From contig CM082576.2 in assembly GCA_040954595.2 (NCBI GenBank), positions 20,445,028-20,509,027 on the forward strand: 64,000 bases of DNA, read 5' to 3'. The notes under the pieces were generated by a model that was given only the letters and a program-made list of their open reading frames with translations, did no database searches and was not told the origin of the DNA. The position numbers were made by a program, and so were the translations under genes. Below are positions 23,530 through 35,311 of the stretch, piece after piece; positions within the stretch are counted from its first letter, which is position 1, and each line of letters begins with the position of its first letter. This DNA is from Balanoglossus misakiensis. Its lineage: Eukaryota; Animalia; Hemichordata.

Positions 23530-26500
23530 TTAAAAGTCCAAAACAAAGTCCTGTAAGTGTGTGGGGGTACGACGACTTCGAGTTGACTTTCTTGTTGCAC
23601 CTCTGTCTGGCTGGACACATCCATCAGGTGGAGGCACCTCGACTGCAGATGACGTGTTGCCGTTGTTCCCTGTGCTGACATCCGGCGATACTGGACAGGG
23701 GACTGGCTCTAGGAAGTGACTGTCATTCGGGACTTCCTGAGGCGAGATTTCCGTTGGGATGTGTGGGGGCTCAGGGGGAACCACGCGCGGAGGGCTGTCT
23801 TCCTCATCCTCTGACTTGTCGTGGACGTGGTGTGGGGGTCGTGTATAAGTAGACGGTGGTACCACATAGCACTCTGACTGCTTAACCCGGTATGATGTAC
23901 TGCGAAGTTGATTACCACGAAATTTGCGAAGGAGACACCATGGATGGTCCACGCCAACAACTAGGTAACGGTCACGGGCCTGTGTTTTCTTACGATCTGA
24001 GTGAAGGTAGACGAGGTCACCTACATCGAGCACGGGCGCTACGGGAAATCTGCCCAATGGGGCCTTCGAGTGTTCGCTGAACTGGTGGTTGTTGAGACGC
24101 ATAGCATGCTGATCTAGTATCAGCTTGCGGTCATTGATCGGCAGCTGCGTGTGGTCAAACTGATCCCTCTGCATCCACATTTCACGCGCGGAAAGGCCTC
24201 TTGAGCGGATGCGCGAGTTGACGTGAGCAACAGCGATGGCAAGCGACAGCGGTGTGACAGTAGCACAAAGTGGGTCTTGACGCAGTAGCTCGTCCTGAAT
24301 TTCTTGGATGGCTCTGTCAGCTACAGGATTCTTGTTTCGGTTTTTCGCACGTCCCACTTCGATGGTAAGGTTGTATTGACGAAGCAACTCATCGTAGGCT
24401 AATGCAGTAAAACCTGGCGCGGGGTCAGTTCTGATGACAGCGGGAGGGCCGTCAAGTGGGCGTAACTCGATGCAAAGCTGTACAAGGGCATTGCGAAGGG
24501 ACTCATGTCGCTCATCAGGGATGAGGCAGGCGGTGGTAAAGGAAGTTGCACACTCACGGAGTACGAATATGAGTTGGCGTTCCTGCTTGATGACATCCGC
24601 GGCGAAGGAAATTCCAACGACATCTGGAGGGGGGTTGGAAGACTGCTCTACTATGGAATGTGTCGTCTTACTGAGGGAAGCACAGTGGTGACATGTTGCG
24701 CATACCTGTTGAACTGACTTGTCCATGTCCAATGCAAAGAAATAACGATGCATGACCTGCTTCATTTGGTGGCATGTTGGGTGGTTGAGTCGTATGTGGG
24801 ACGCTGTGAGTAGGCCATCTAAAACCTGACGTGGAATGATGATACGTTCCCTGGAAGGAGCAAACGGGTCAGCTCTCTTTACTACAAGGAGACCATCCTT
24901 GGAAATGGTGGCACTTTGCAGGTAACGCTTCACGTCTTTGACGTTAGTTAACTTCTTGGACGGACGGGTCCCCTGGGTGAGATGTGCATGGGTGCGGCGC
25001 AGGTCAGGGCACTCTGCTTGGATCTGAAGCCATGCTTGTCTGTTGGTGAATGGTGGTTTTGACTTGCCAGAGGTAATATCCGCAATGGACACTGAGCGAA
25101 CGGTTGAGCTCTCTGTCTGCCTGATAAAGCTGCATACCTGGCAAGTGGGGGTTGTGCACTCTGGTGCATTCCTGCTGGCAAAATCTGATGGGATATTATC
25201 TTTTCCGGCTAGATGACGGATGGTTCCCTGGTAGCGACTTACAGCGGACAGGAACGTTGTTACACGTGGACTTGCTGAAAATTCACCACGGCACAGCTTC
25301 TCATACGCCTGCACGCAAGGCTTGCTGTCGGTGAGTATGCACGGTCTGTGGTGTGACTGTATTATATAGGGACTAAAGTGTTTTATGGCCACGGCGATGG
25401 AGAGGGCTTCTATCTCACACGGGAGCCATGTTGCCTGTCGTCCACGTAACTTAGCACTGAAGAAACCTGCTAAGTGTAGGCTGTTGTCTCTGGATACGTA
25501 GAATGTGGAGCCAATGCCATGGTCTTTGATGGCGGCATCAGTGACAATCCAGATCTGGTCAGATGGCCGTGGCAGTGATATTGTGTGGGTCGATGACAGT
25601 GCTGCTTGGGCTGACTGGAATGCATGGAGTAAATTGTCTGACCATGTAATGCGTTCATGAGACTGCAGACCAGCGGTTGCTTTCTCCAGTGGAGACAGTA
25701 TCGAAGCGCACCTTGGTATAACTCTGGCAAGGACTTTGTAAGCCCCAATAAAGGACCGGAGACCGCGAACATTGTCAGGACGTGCACAAGATGACAATGC
25801 AGCCACCCGATGTGGGCTAGCACGTATTGTTCCCTGGTGCCAGACCCAGCCGAGGATGGTGACCGTTTTAGGACAAACAGTAGTCTTGGTGGGAGACAAT
25901 CGTAAGTCGTTGGTTTGTAGGGCACTGAGGAGACGCTTCCAGTTCAGTTGTAGCTCTTCCACAGAGTTACCACCACAGAAGAGATCGTCGGCTAGCTTAG
26001 CGACGACACCTTCTTCCAGGAGGTCACCGAGAACGCGGCACATCAGCTCCTCCAGTGCTGTCTCAGATCCTGGCATTCCCATGGCAGATCTTGTGTACAC
26101 GCGAATACCACGGAATGGTGTAACCACGCCACAGTACTTGAGTGACTCGCGTGAAAGTGGAATCTGATAGAACGCTTTTGTAAGGTCCGTAGTAATTATA
26201 TACTTCCACTGGGCAATTTGTCGGAGTGTAGTGTCAACATCCGGCATAAGGGAAGGTTGGGGCTTGCTGTATCGTCCAACATCGGCGAAGGCAGTAACCA
26301 ATCTGGTCCCCCCGTTCGGTTTCTTCACAAGGAATGACGGGTTGATATATTCAACATTGATGTTGAGATCTTCAGGGCGAGCGAAGACACCCGTCTTCTC
26401 CAGTTCATCAAACTTGTATTGGAGTTCTTTCAACTTGTCGCGTGAGTACTGGGGGAGCCGGCCTTTGCGCTGAGGGGGTTGAACTGGGCCCATATTCACT

Positions 26501-28419
26501 GTGGCTTTGAAAGGACCGGAATTACCGTTGTAGCATTTGATGTCAGGGTTGAACACACCGTCAAACTCTCGGTGAATAGACTGAAACTCGTCTCGCTGTT
26601 CCGGTGATAAGTTGTCTTCATCAATGGTAATTGTAGATGAGTAACTTCCTGTTGACTGACTGGAGTTAACGTCAGGCTGTGTGTCTGTCAGGGCGCTGCA
26701 GTCTGTCGGCGGGATAAAGACCGGCGATATCTGACAAAAGTGTTCGTTGCGTTTCAATGTTTGTGGTTTGCTTGTCAAGTTGGGGATGCGAAGTTTCCCA
26801 GATACGCTATGGTATATGTCTGGGGTAGGCCAAGCCTTCTCGGGTGGACGATTACTGTTAAGGTGAGCATCGGTGCGTGGTTCGAGGGCATACACATCGT
26901 CGACGATTCCCAGGTCATTCGGCAGGTCAACCTCAATAAAGTCACCAGGCCATACCGTTGTGGACTTTGGAGGTGCTCGGATTACAACTGTACGGCGTAT
27001 AGTGTGTTTCGTTGGGCTTGATGAGCCGTACGTGTACGCGGCACTGCTACCCAGGGTAATTTGCCGTTTAGCTGGGCGCACACCGAGGTCATTGGCTTCC
27101 ATGAAGGGCATACCGGCAAGGACTTCCACATCAAGGTTTTCAGTCACTAATCCTTCAAATACGAACTGGTTGTTGCCGCGAGTGAAAGTAAATCTTGTCT
27201 CGCCGACGATAGTGAGAGCTGATGACCCATCAGCTTGACGAGCAGACTGTGAGCTTGCGTGGATCGGAACATCAAGGCGTTTCACGGTTGAAAGCCGTAT
27301 CATGTTGCCGGTAGCACCACTGTCAATTGTCAGACGTACTGTATGGTGTTTGTAGTATGCATCAAGGTACGGAGACTGACACACTTGAACTCTTGATATG
27401 GATGGATCGGCATTCATTTCGCTTTGTGGTGGATCAGTGTCAAGTTCGTATGTGTCTTCGGGGTCGTCATCAATAATGTCCGCAATGCGGCGCGCCTTGG
27501 TCATAAAATTGCGGTCTTGATCGGGCAGGAACTTGCAAACGCTGAGGAAATGGCTGTCTGGGCGCCCTGCTTGTTTGCATAGTGGGCAGGAGCGGTATCG
27601 CTGTTGACCCCGTTTGGGTTTAGTGGTGGCCATAGCACGGTTTCTGGGACGATCATCTTCAGGCATGAAACGGTTCCGTGACGTGGCAGCTCGCATGATG
27701 GTCGCCTCCTCTGAGGATCTGATCTCGTCCAAAAGGGATGTTAGGGCCTGAGATATCTCTGGTTTGATCGAGGCGAGTGTACGTGTGCGGAGCTCAGTTC
27801 CGTAGCGTTGTTTGACCAACTTTGGAAGGTCTTTGTGGATCAGCTGAAGCCAACGAAGAATGATGTAGTTTTCTAATGACGGGGAGAGATCCTCATCCTC
27901 CGTGATTTTGTCTCCATGGTGAGTTATGTTACTATCCTTACGGAGGAGATTGTCCTCAACAAAGGCAGTTAACCGCTGGAACAAGTCCTCTGGACGCTCG
28001 TCTGGTTCCAGACGGATGTCACAAAAATCCAGCAGATGGGCGCCAGTTAGCTGGAATCCATAATGGAGGCGAATGGTTTGCCATATACAGTCAAGCGATG
28101 TAGATTTCTGCACAATGGTGTTGCGGGCAATTATGGGACAGAAATTGGCAATCTGACCCAACATGAGTTCCAATGCGGATGCCTTCTGTTGTGCAGTACG
28201 GCGTTTGGGGGTCGGAATGAGTTCCCCATCGTCTGTGAATCCTCTATGGACGACAGACTTGGATCTTTTTCCCCATGTAGCGCCCTCATCCAGGAAGGGG
28301 GAGAAATTAGAGTCTAGAGATAAGGTGTAAATCAAGTTCTGGCGCCAGCTCTCAAATGATGTGATAGTTTCGGACTTACTTAAGCACCACTGTTTAGGAG
28401 CTCGCTGTACACCCGCCAT
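23530..28419 (-). CDS. Gag-Pol polyprotein (Gag, Zn knuckle, protease, RT, RNase H, integrase), 1629 aa
   Basis: CPLCKQAGRPDSHFLSVC knuckle; LTIDSGATG protease; TDLTKAFYQIPL, MGMPGS and KLADDL (RT); IVTDAA, CEIEAL and LTDSKP (RNase H); HIRLNH..CHHC, FAADVI, IRTDPAPGF and NPVADR (IN); C-terminal RKSTRSRRTPTHLQDF. Confidence 0.95.
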   Translation of the reverse strand: MAGVQRAPKQWCLSKSETITSFESWRQNLIYTLSLDSNFSPFLDEGATWGKRSKSVVHRGFTDDGELIPTPKRRTAQQKASALELMLGQIANFCPIIARNTIVQKSTSLDCIWQTIRLHYGFQLTGAHLLDFCDIRLEPDERPEDLFQRLTAFVEDNLLRKDSNITHHGDKITEDEDLSPSLENYIILRWLQLIHKDLPKLVKQRYGTELRTRTLASIKPEISQALTSLLDEIRSSEEATIMRAATSRNRFMPEDDRPRNRAMATTKPKRGQQRYRSCPLCKQAGRPDSHFLSVCKFLPDQDRNFMTKARRIADIIDDDPEDTYELDTDPPQSEMNADPSISRVQVCQSPYLDAYYKHHTVRLTIDSGATGNMIRLSTVKRLDVPIHASSQSARQADGSSALTIVGETRFTFTRGNNQFVFEGLVTENLDVEVLAGMPFMEANDLGVRPAKRQITLGSSAAYTYGSSSPTKHTIRRTVVIRAPPKSTTVWPGDFIEVDLPNDLGIVDDVYALEPRTDAHLNSNRPPEKAWPTPDIYHSVSGKLRIPNLTSKPQTLKRNEHFCQISPVFIPPTDCSALTDTQPDVNSSQSTGSYSSTITIDEDNLSPEQRDEFQSIHREFDGVFNPDIKCYNGNSGPFKATVNMGPVQPPQRKGRLPQYSRDKLKELQYKFDELEKTGVFARPEDLNINVEYINPSFLVKKPNGGTRLVTAFADVGRYSKPQPSLMPDVDTTLRQIAQWKYIITTDLTKAFYQIPLSRESLKYCGVVTPFRGIRVYTRSAMGMPGSETALEELMCRVLGDLLEEGVVAKLADDLFCGGNSVEELQLNWKRLLSALQTNDLRLSPTKTTVCPKTVTILGWVWHQGTIRASPHRVAALSSCARPDNVRGLRSFIGAYKVLARVIPRCASILSPLEKATAGLQSHERITWSDNLLHAFQSAQAALSSTHTISLPRPSDQIWIVTDAAIKDHGIGSTFYVSRDNSLHLAGFFSAKLRGRQATWLPCEIEALSIAVAIKHFSPYIIQSHHRPCILTDSKPCVQAYEKLCRGEFSASPRVTTFLSAVSRYQGTIRHLAGKDNIPSDFASRNAPECTTPTCQVCSFIRQTESSTVRSVSIADITSGKSKPPFTNRQAWLQIQAECPDLRRTHAHLTQGTRPSKKLTNVKDVKRYLQSATISKDGLLVVKRADPFAPSRERIIIPRQVLDGLLTASHIRLNHPTCHQMKQVMHRYFFALDMDKSVQQVCATCHHCASLSKTTHSIVEQSSNPPPDVVGISFAADVIKQERQLIFVLRECATSFTTACLIPDERHESLRNALVQLCIELRPLDGPPAVIRTDPAPGFTALAYDELLRQYNLTIEVGRAKNRNKNPVADRAIQEIQDELLRQDPLCATVTPLSLAIAVAHVNSRIRSRGLSAREMWMQRDQFDHTQLPINDRKLILDQHAMRLNNHQFSEHSKAPLGRFPVAPVLDVGDLVYLHSDRKKTQARDRYLVVGVDHPWCLLRKFRGNQLRSTSYRVKQSECYVVPPSTYTRPPHHVHDKSEDEEDSPPRVVPPEPPHIPTEISPQEVPNDSHFLEPVPCPVSPDVSTGNNGNTSSAVEVPPPDGCVQPDRGATRKSTRSRRTPTHLQDFVLDF

Positions 28420-28579
28420 GTTGAATGCTTGGGTAGGTTTCCTCGACGAAATGTGACTTCAAGTTACGTATGTGTAACTCACTGGCTGTACACTTATGTG
28501 TGTAGAAGTCCTACTGTGACTGAGTGTTCAGTAACTGGAAATTACCGTATTGTCGCCAATGACGTGAGTAAACGATCGA

Positions 28580-28590
28580 CGCTGCCACCA
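28580..28590 (-). promoter_or_regulatory. Primer-binding site, tRNA-Leu type
   Basis: Minus strand TGGTGGCAGCG directly after the 5' LTR, complementary to the ...CGCTGCCA-CCA 3' end of metazoan tRNA-Leu(AAG/TAG). Confidence 0.8.
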
Positions 28591-28810
28591 CGCCAACGTG
28601 GACACAACCACTGTGTTATCAGACACCAGCAAAGACTACAGCCAGACACGGAAGGTCGATAACAGGATCGGTTTTAATGCAAACGATCTTCACCGCTACT
28701 ACAACATGGCGGACATACAAAACGAGAGAGAGCATAGGCACATGCAAAGCATTGTGGGTAGGGAGGTCAAAGGTAACACTGCAAATAACTAACACTGTCA
28801 AGTGGTGGCG
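28591..28810 (-). repeat. 5' LTR (220 bp)
   Basis: Identical by eye to 23129-23348. Confidence 0.95.
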
Positions 28811-31376
28811 CTGTGTGTGTAATTGCTGAGTGACATAACGCATTCTGTGATTGATGCAGTCACGTAACCACCAATCGAACGATTGTTATAAGGAGAACTG
28901 CACGACCTTTAACCGCATTAGCATACCTGATTTTTAGGGCTCGATATTACCTCTGAGGACGCAATATTTAAGTTGAAGTTTTTTTATTTTATCATATTAG
29001 AGCAAGAAGACTTGTCTTTTATGTAAAAGAAATAGACCCTAATATACAGAGTGCATTTTGAAACGATAGGCAGTTCCGGCCCATAGCCTAATTCTTCATT
29101 TTTCTGTCATGCGTAGGAATTGATTAGTGCTAACAACCCATGTCAAAATGGCAGCACTTGCCAACCCTAACCTCGTGTGTGGCATTGACGTGCACCTGCC
29201 AAGGATGCTTTACTGGGAGCGCTGTGAAAATTGTCAGTCAGTTTCTTTTGTCAAATTAATCAATATGTGTGGGACTGCTATACATGTATATAAAACAGAA
29301 TACTGCGATGGAAAATTCTATAACTTAATGTTTCAGTGGATATATGACTTAAAGTTAGCAGTATGCAGTGAATTCAACAGAAAGTGTAATTTCCTCTTGT
29401 GTGAGCTCTGTGCGACTGTGCCAATGAAAATCTCACCACAAACAAAAATGACAGGTATACACTGTATATTAGCAGCTTTGTCTCTGTAATAGCCATAGTG
29501 TTTTGAAGTTGAAAACTTGCAAAGTGTGCAGTTTTATTCACACTACAAAGGAAACATTGTTGAAACGGATTATCTGTGTACATTGTCAAACTGTACACTT
29601 GTCGCGAGATTTATTCTCAATTATATTACTAGTATATCATGCTACCGTCTGCAACTCTGATTGGACGAGAGCTAAATCCAGCGATGCTAAAATACTCAAT
29701 AATGCACTGCTGGCAGTGGTAAAACGGGCTTTCTGTTTGCCACATGGGTTTGTTCTTTAGGTTGTTGTATGTGTTTACACCCATCATGTTTATTGTAGAA
29801 CCAGGGTCGATCAGTGAGGCAACTGCTGTTTGTTCTATCTGCACTGTTACTCGAGGCCTCCTGCCATTTGATTGTTGTACAGTGAAGCAGTATTCATCTC
29901 CCGAGCTGTCTTCCACTTTATGCACAGCTTTGACAGTTTTATCCTTGTCTACCCTATTTGCCTTGCCTTTTGAATGGTAGCATTTGGCTAAATGGTTAGG
30001 TTTGCCACACTTCCTGCATGACTTGCCTTTAGCTGGACATACTGAGTCATGTGGTACCATTATTAAAATAGGGGCCAGTCATCAAAACGTAAGTGAGCCA
30101 AAAAACTACAGGTCAGATAAATTGTTTTCTCGTAAATTCAACATTAGAATCAAATTTGGCGTTGGAAACAAACGGCGGGTCGCCAGTTCCTGGTCTGGAG
30201 GCTGGTAGAGTCACGTCTTGAAGACTGGCCCCTATTTTAATAATGGCATTGTCATGACCGGCCAACCTTTGACCTCGGAGACCACAATGTAGAGCTATCG
30301 ATCAGCTTTTCGCGTTTCAATCAAACATTGCAATCACGGGCTAAAATCACTAACTAGTTGATACCTTTTTCGGTGTTTCATCTAACCTTTGAAAGGAGTA
30401 TAATAAAAATGAAATGACCGCACGTAATGTGCATTTCTTGTTCACGTGTGGGGACTATATGTGTGCGTAATGATCCAAATGCAAGGGGTCGTGTGAACAG
30501 GCCTTAAATAATGAGTTTGCGTTAAATAATGAGTTTGCGTTAAATAATAAGTTGACAAACGGCGCGAGTGCATTTTTTCATGGTTTAGAAATCACTTATT
30601 TATATATAATTCATTATATAATGTAAATCACTCATGATATATATATAATAGACTTGCACTTAAATTATTTATAAATCACTCATGATATATATATAATACA
30701 CTTAAATTTTTTTTATTTATAAATAATTAATTATATATAAATAATTATGTACATCACTCATGATATATATATAATAGACTGACACTGACATTGTTTATAA
30801 ATAATTTATTATATATAAATAAAAGAGCATAAAATACATTTTATGTATATAATTGAATCGACTTGAAATTATTTATAAATAAATTGTCAGGACTTAAATG
30901 GTTTGCAAATCTATAATTACATACATATAAGTATGTTAAATAACGACTTTTGAACAAATAATTTAGCTAAATAATAAGTTAACACATGGCACCCCATACA
31001 AACATTACGTCCAGTCCAAATATTCTGCCAATTTTACATCCAATGCATTCAAATAGTGGACTGCTTCGCTTTCATCAAGTTTTCATGTGCATCGTATAAG
31101 TAGACTTTTGTTTTGTCCCGTCTTTTCACCGAATTTGCTCTTTTCCAAATCTCCGACACAGACTATGATCGTCACATTCTTGTCTGTTGTTAGAACAGCA
31201 CACTGCCATATGGCATTGACTGTATACAGTTTCTGTTACCAATATCTCTGGTTTGGCATTTTCCTGTCCTCAATCTTTTGCCAGGGATTTTTGTGTCCCC
31301 AACCCGCGTGAGAATCCCACGTCTTTGAAGGTATGACTGTGACTATAAGATTCTATAAATCTCTGTTTATTTTCAG

Positions 31377-32002
31377 CACAAACATCATGTGCTGATTGCC
31401 CAGCTGGTAACCAATGTCCAAATGGTAACACTGTGATTTTATGCTCGGCTGGTTATTACAGTTCGGCCTTGGACAAAGGATGTCTCGCTGTACCTCTTGC
31501 ATAACAGGTAAACTTCTACCCACCAACCTTTATTTCCAACATCAAACATTAGGTCAGGTAATTTACTAACTGAAAAATAGGATGGGAACATTTTCCATTT
31601 CTGTATTTAAAATTTACTGATATAATATATGAATGAAAAAATGACAATTTTTCCAAATTTGAATAGACCTCTATTTATGAAAATAATTAAAATTTGCGCC
31701 AATTTTTTACAGTGGTATTCAAAGGTTAACTTGGTGTGTATATTCTTTGTTTGATTTACAGATCAGCCGGTGCTGAACAGTGTACTATTTGTGAGCAAGG
31801 GTACGCCTGCACAGATCCCAGTGCATCGCAATTCAAGTGTACCAAGGGTTACGTGTCATTGGCTGGTGCAACAAACTGTACCAGATGTACAAATGGTAAG
31901 ATTGTGGTACTTGTTCAGTTTGCTGTGTGATGAAACTGAGTGGTATGTGTGTATGCATGTATGTGTTTACAACAGATTTTCAAGTCAGTGCGACTGGGGT
32001 TA

Positions 32003-32034
<32 letters not shown>

Positions 32035-33912
32035 TACAACAGATTATCAACTCAGTGCGAAATCTTGCGAGACCCGGTTAGCCATGTGAGATCTCGCAGA
32101 GTCTTATGATATTCAGAAAATGGTTGATTAGAAATGACGTTTAATGTCCTCCAAAGAATTTTCTACATGCCCGTATACTTGTCTCAGAATTATGAAGTGA
32201 ATCATCTCAAGTAATTTGTTATTTTAAATGACACTGTATCACAAATACTTCACTAAAAACCTCATTTTCTTTAATCAGATGAAATAAATGAGGAGCCTGC
32301 ACGCACATCCCGTCTTCTGTGCCCTGCTGGACAATCGTGTTCAGATCCAATGTAAGATCCGCTTGACTGTGGCAATGGTGAATATGCTATGGAAGGCGAC
32401 GGCACATGCACGCCTTGTCCAGCAGGATCCAAGTGTCCAACCATGTCACCCGTAGTTGATTGTTCAACAGTTACTGGTAAGTTGGGCTGCAAATTACTCT
32501 TATGACTTCCCTGTGTTATAGCATGACATACACAGAAAATTAAACTGTTATGCTCATTGGAGTTGATATTGTGATGCACTTTGAAAAACACAATGATTCC
32601 ACTGAAGAGGTATTGTACAGTAACACCTGTGATTACGGACATCTCTCTAATAAGGGATCGTTGGACCAAACCAATCGTTCTTTGAATTTTTTCTGTGATA
32701 GGTTCATACTCGCTAGGTTCGGCCAAGTCCTTCTGGTTATGAATGCACAACTACAAATGTCACACAGTGCGCTACAGGGAAGTAAAGTGTTGAAGGAGGT
32801 AAGTCTTGAAATCTCTTTTCTTCTGGTCTCGATTTGAACATGGTTCCACAAGTTGTTTACATCACTTGTAGTTTTACATATTTTTTTAGTTCAACAGCTA
32901 TGCTATACATGGTGTCCTGAGAAGTCGACCAGTATGAGAAGTCGGTATCGGCCAGTACGAGAAGTCGGCCTGTGGGAGAGAACCCTGGTACTTTGTGTTA
33001 TATATAACTGTTTCACTACGAAATGTTTCCTTGATGTACAGGAGCTGAGATATTTGTACAAATAGCCGATGAATTTTAAAACTGTCTGTTCACTTTTCAT
33101 GTACGTCACCGGGGTACGTCAACATCAGTCACCTGCACTTCTTGAGCTGCGCCAGTAGTCTGTTCCTTGTCACGTTTGTTTGTTTGTTTGTTTGGTGTTG
33201 TCTCAGAAAGTATGAATATACACATACATCTTCTATGTATTTTAGTAGGCTTTGAAACAACTCCCTTTAATCAGAAATGTCACAGGAATTTGGCGAACAA
33301 CCTAAGCTCCTTACGCGGATATGGGGATGGGGAACTGGTACGGATGCCAGACGCCATTATTTGAAATGACGCCATTGTGTTGTCAAGAATTTGGGAAATC
33401 CGTCCAAATGAAAATATTTAGTGCAATTATATTTTATTAAGTGTTGTTATAAGTAATCTGGGTCATCACTGCACTATTCGGGTACAAGTTCAACAACTGG
33501 CCGACTTCTCATGTATTCCTATACATTAGTGAAAATTGGGGAAACTGGTGTTTTCAGACAACTTATGAAGTCCCTTTCGCAATATTAACTCTAAAACAGC
33601 GGGTGATATTCCTTTTAAAATTTAACCAAATAAGCATACTTGAACTCTGTCATATCGGCAAAACACTCACTACACAAGCTGCTGTTATTCTACAGACATG
33701 ACATGTGCTGATTGCGGCGTAGGTAACTACTGTCCAGATGGGTCAGACAGCCCCATTCCTTGTCCATCAAGTTATTATGCTGACACAGCCACAGAAGTAT
33801 CCTGTACCCCTTGCGATCCAGGCTGTCAGTGTGCAGCAACATCACCCACTTGCCTGCACATCAAGAACCTACTCTCTGGGACCATCAACAACATGTACTC
33901 CCCTTCTACCAG
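31377..33912 (+). pseudogene. Cys-rich pseudo-exon cluster, copy B
   Basis: Colinear with 10801-13369, same lesions. Confidence 0.8.
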
Positions 33913-35311
33913 GTTTGTAGTCGTCTTAGTCGTAAAAACATATTTAAGGTGTTGGGCACCTCGAAATAAAGGGTCGTCTGATCATGTTAAAATTAATACT
34001 GATGATACTATGACTTCTAAACATTTAATCTATGGAATAAAAATTGGGGGTCAACCATCTAGAGTTTTGAAAAAGCGCCCTTTATCTAGCACCTCTTTCA
34101 GATTTTGCCAGGCTCGTAGATTTTTGTAAAATGGCCTCAAAAATAAGAATTTTGGAAGGTTTGTCATATTTTTTCACCATTGTAGAATCTAAATGTTCTG
34201 AATTATTTTATTTTTAGCAATTTTGAGATTGCTTCATGTTCAGTATGATAATCGCATGTCAATACAACTGTTACATTAAAGGAAAAGTTCAAATCCGCCT
34301 AAAACCACATTGCATTGGTACCTAGTTAAGTTGTCCTCACTTCTGACGCAAAATTTTGATGTGCAATGCACGTGTCTGTGAAATTGACGAATAAAAAAAT
34401 TGTATACCAGTGCAAAATTAAAAACTCCCTGTGCAGCCTTCTTGGCAACTGCATGCTGGGAAAAGTACTCGGATGATGACGAAAAAGTTTCGGGGTTCCG
34501 GGTAGTGCTACCCCGGAATACAATGTTGGGTGCAGACTCCAACTATGGAAAAGAGATGCAGAATGTCATGTGATATAGTAGTGAAAACAAATACACGTTG
34601 GTTCACGTATTTCAGCTCTCAGCAATCAGGGTGCATTAAAAGGCCTTGATTGGTGTGATATTCACAATTGATGATTATAAATACTTACAGTTGTATACTG
34701 TTTTATTTTGTAAATATTGTGTACATTTGCAGCAATGAATCCGTGCGAACACAAACCTTAACCCATGCCGGAATGCTGGTACTTGCCAAGCAATCCAGGG
34801 ATCTTGTACAGGCGTCACATGTCTATGTGCTGGCTGCTACCTGGGCTTCACATGTGAAACACGTGAGTACAGTACTTTGTCATTTATTAAAAAATCTAAG
34901 TGCTGAGGTACATTGTAGTAATAATAGCAGGTGTAGTCATTATCATCATCATCATCATCTTTAAGTCAGTCATATGATCGGTAATAAAAACAGTAAAATC
35001 ACCAGTATAAAAACATAACAGAGAAATAATGAACGTGTACTGGTGTTACCATAGGTAACTGTTGTATAAAATTTTGAATTCCTGTCTTCCAGTTCCTAAT
35101 CCATGCTTCACTAGTCCTTGTCTCAATGGAGGTACCTGCCAACAACAGGCAAATTCTTGTACTGCCACCATTGGCATGTGCACAGAGTGTTACTAGGGAA
35201 ACAGGTGTGAGACAAGTAAGTTTGAATCTATAGCAGTTAATAATGATAATTATCATTTTTTTTTATTATGATTTAAACTTCACTGATGTTGTACAAACAC
35301 AAAAATAGAAA

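Larger units (their letters stand above)
23129..28810 (-). mobile_element. Intact LTR retrotransposon, Gypsy-like domain order, Troyka-type (CG...CG termini, 3-bp TSD)
   Basis: Absent from copies A, C, D (empty site tgccCTGtgtgtgt). Filled site CTG|cgcca...tggcg|CTG. Two identical 220-bp LTRs, PBS, PPT and a single 1629-aa ORF. Confidence 0.95.
15453..29232 (+). pseudogene. EGF exons E1-E10, copy B (LTR element in E9-E10 intron)
   Basis: Same exons and stops as copy A. Confidence 0.87.

Noticed and set aside
23709-28317. Antisense and overlapping small ORFs in the retroelement; env-like gene
   Set aside because: Shadows of the long GC-richer ORF with no motifs; only ~180 bp lie between the pol stop and the 3' LTR.
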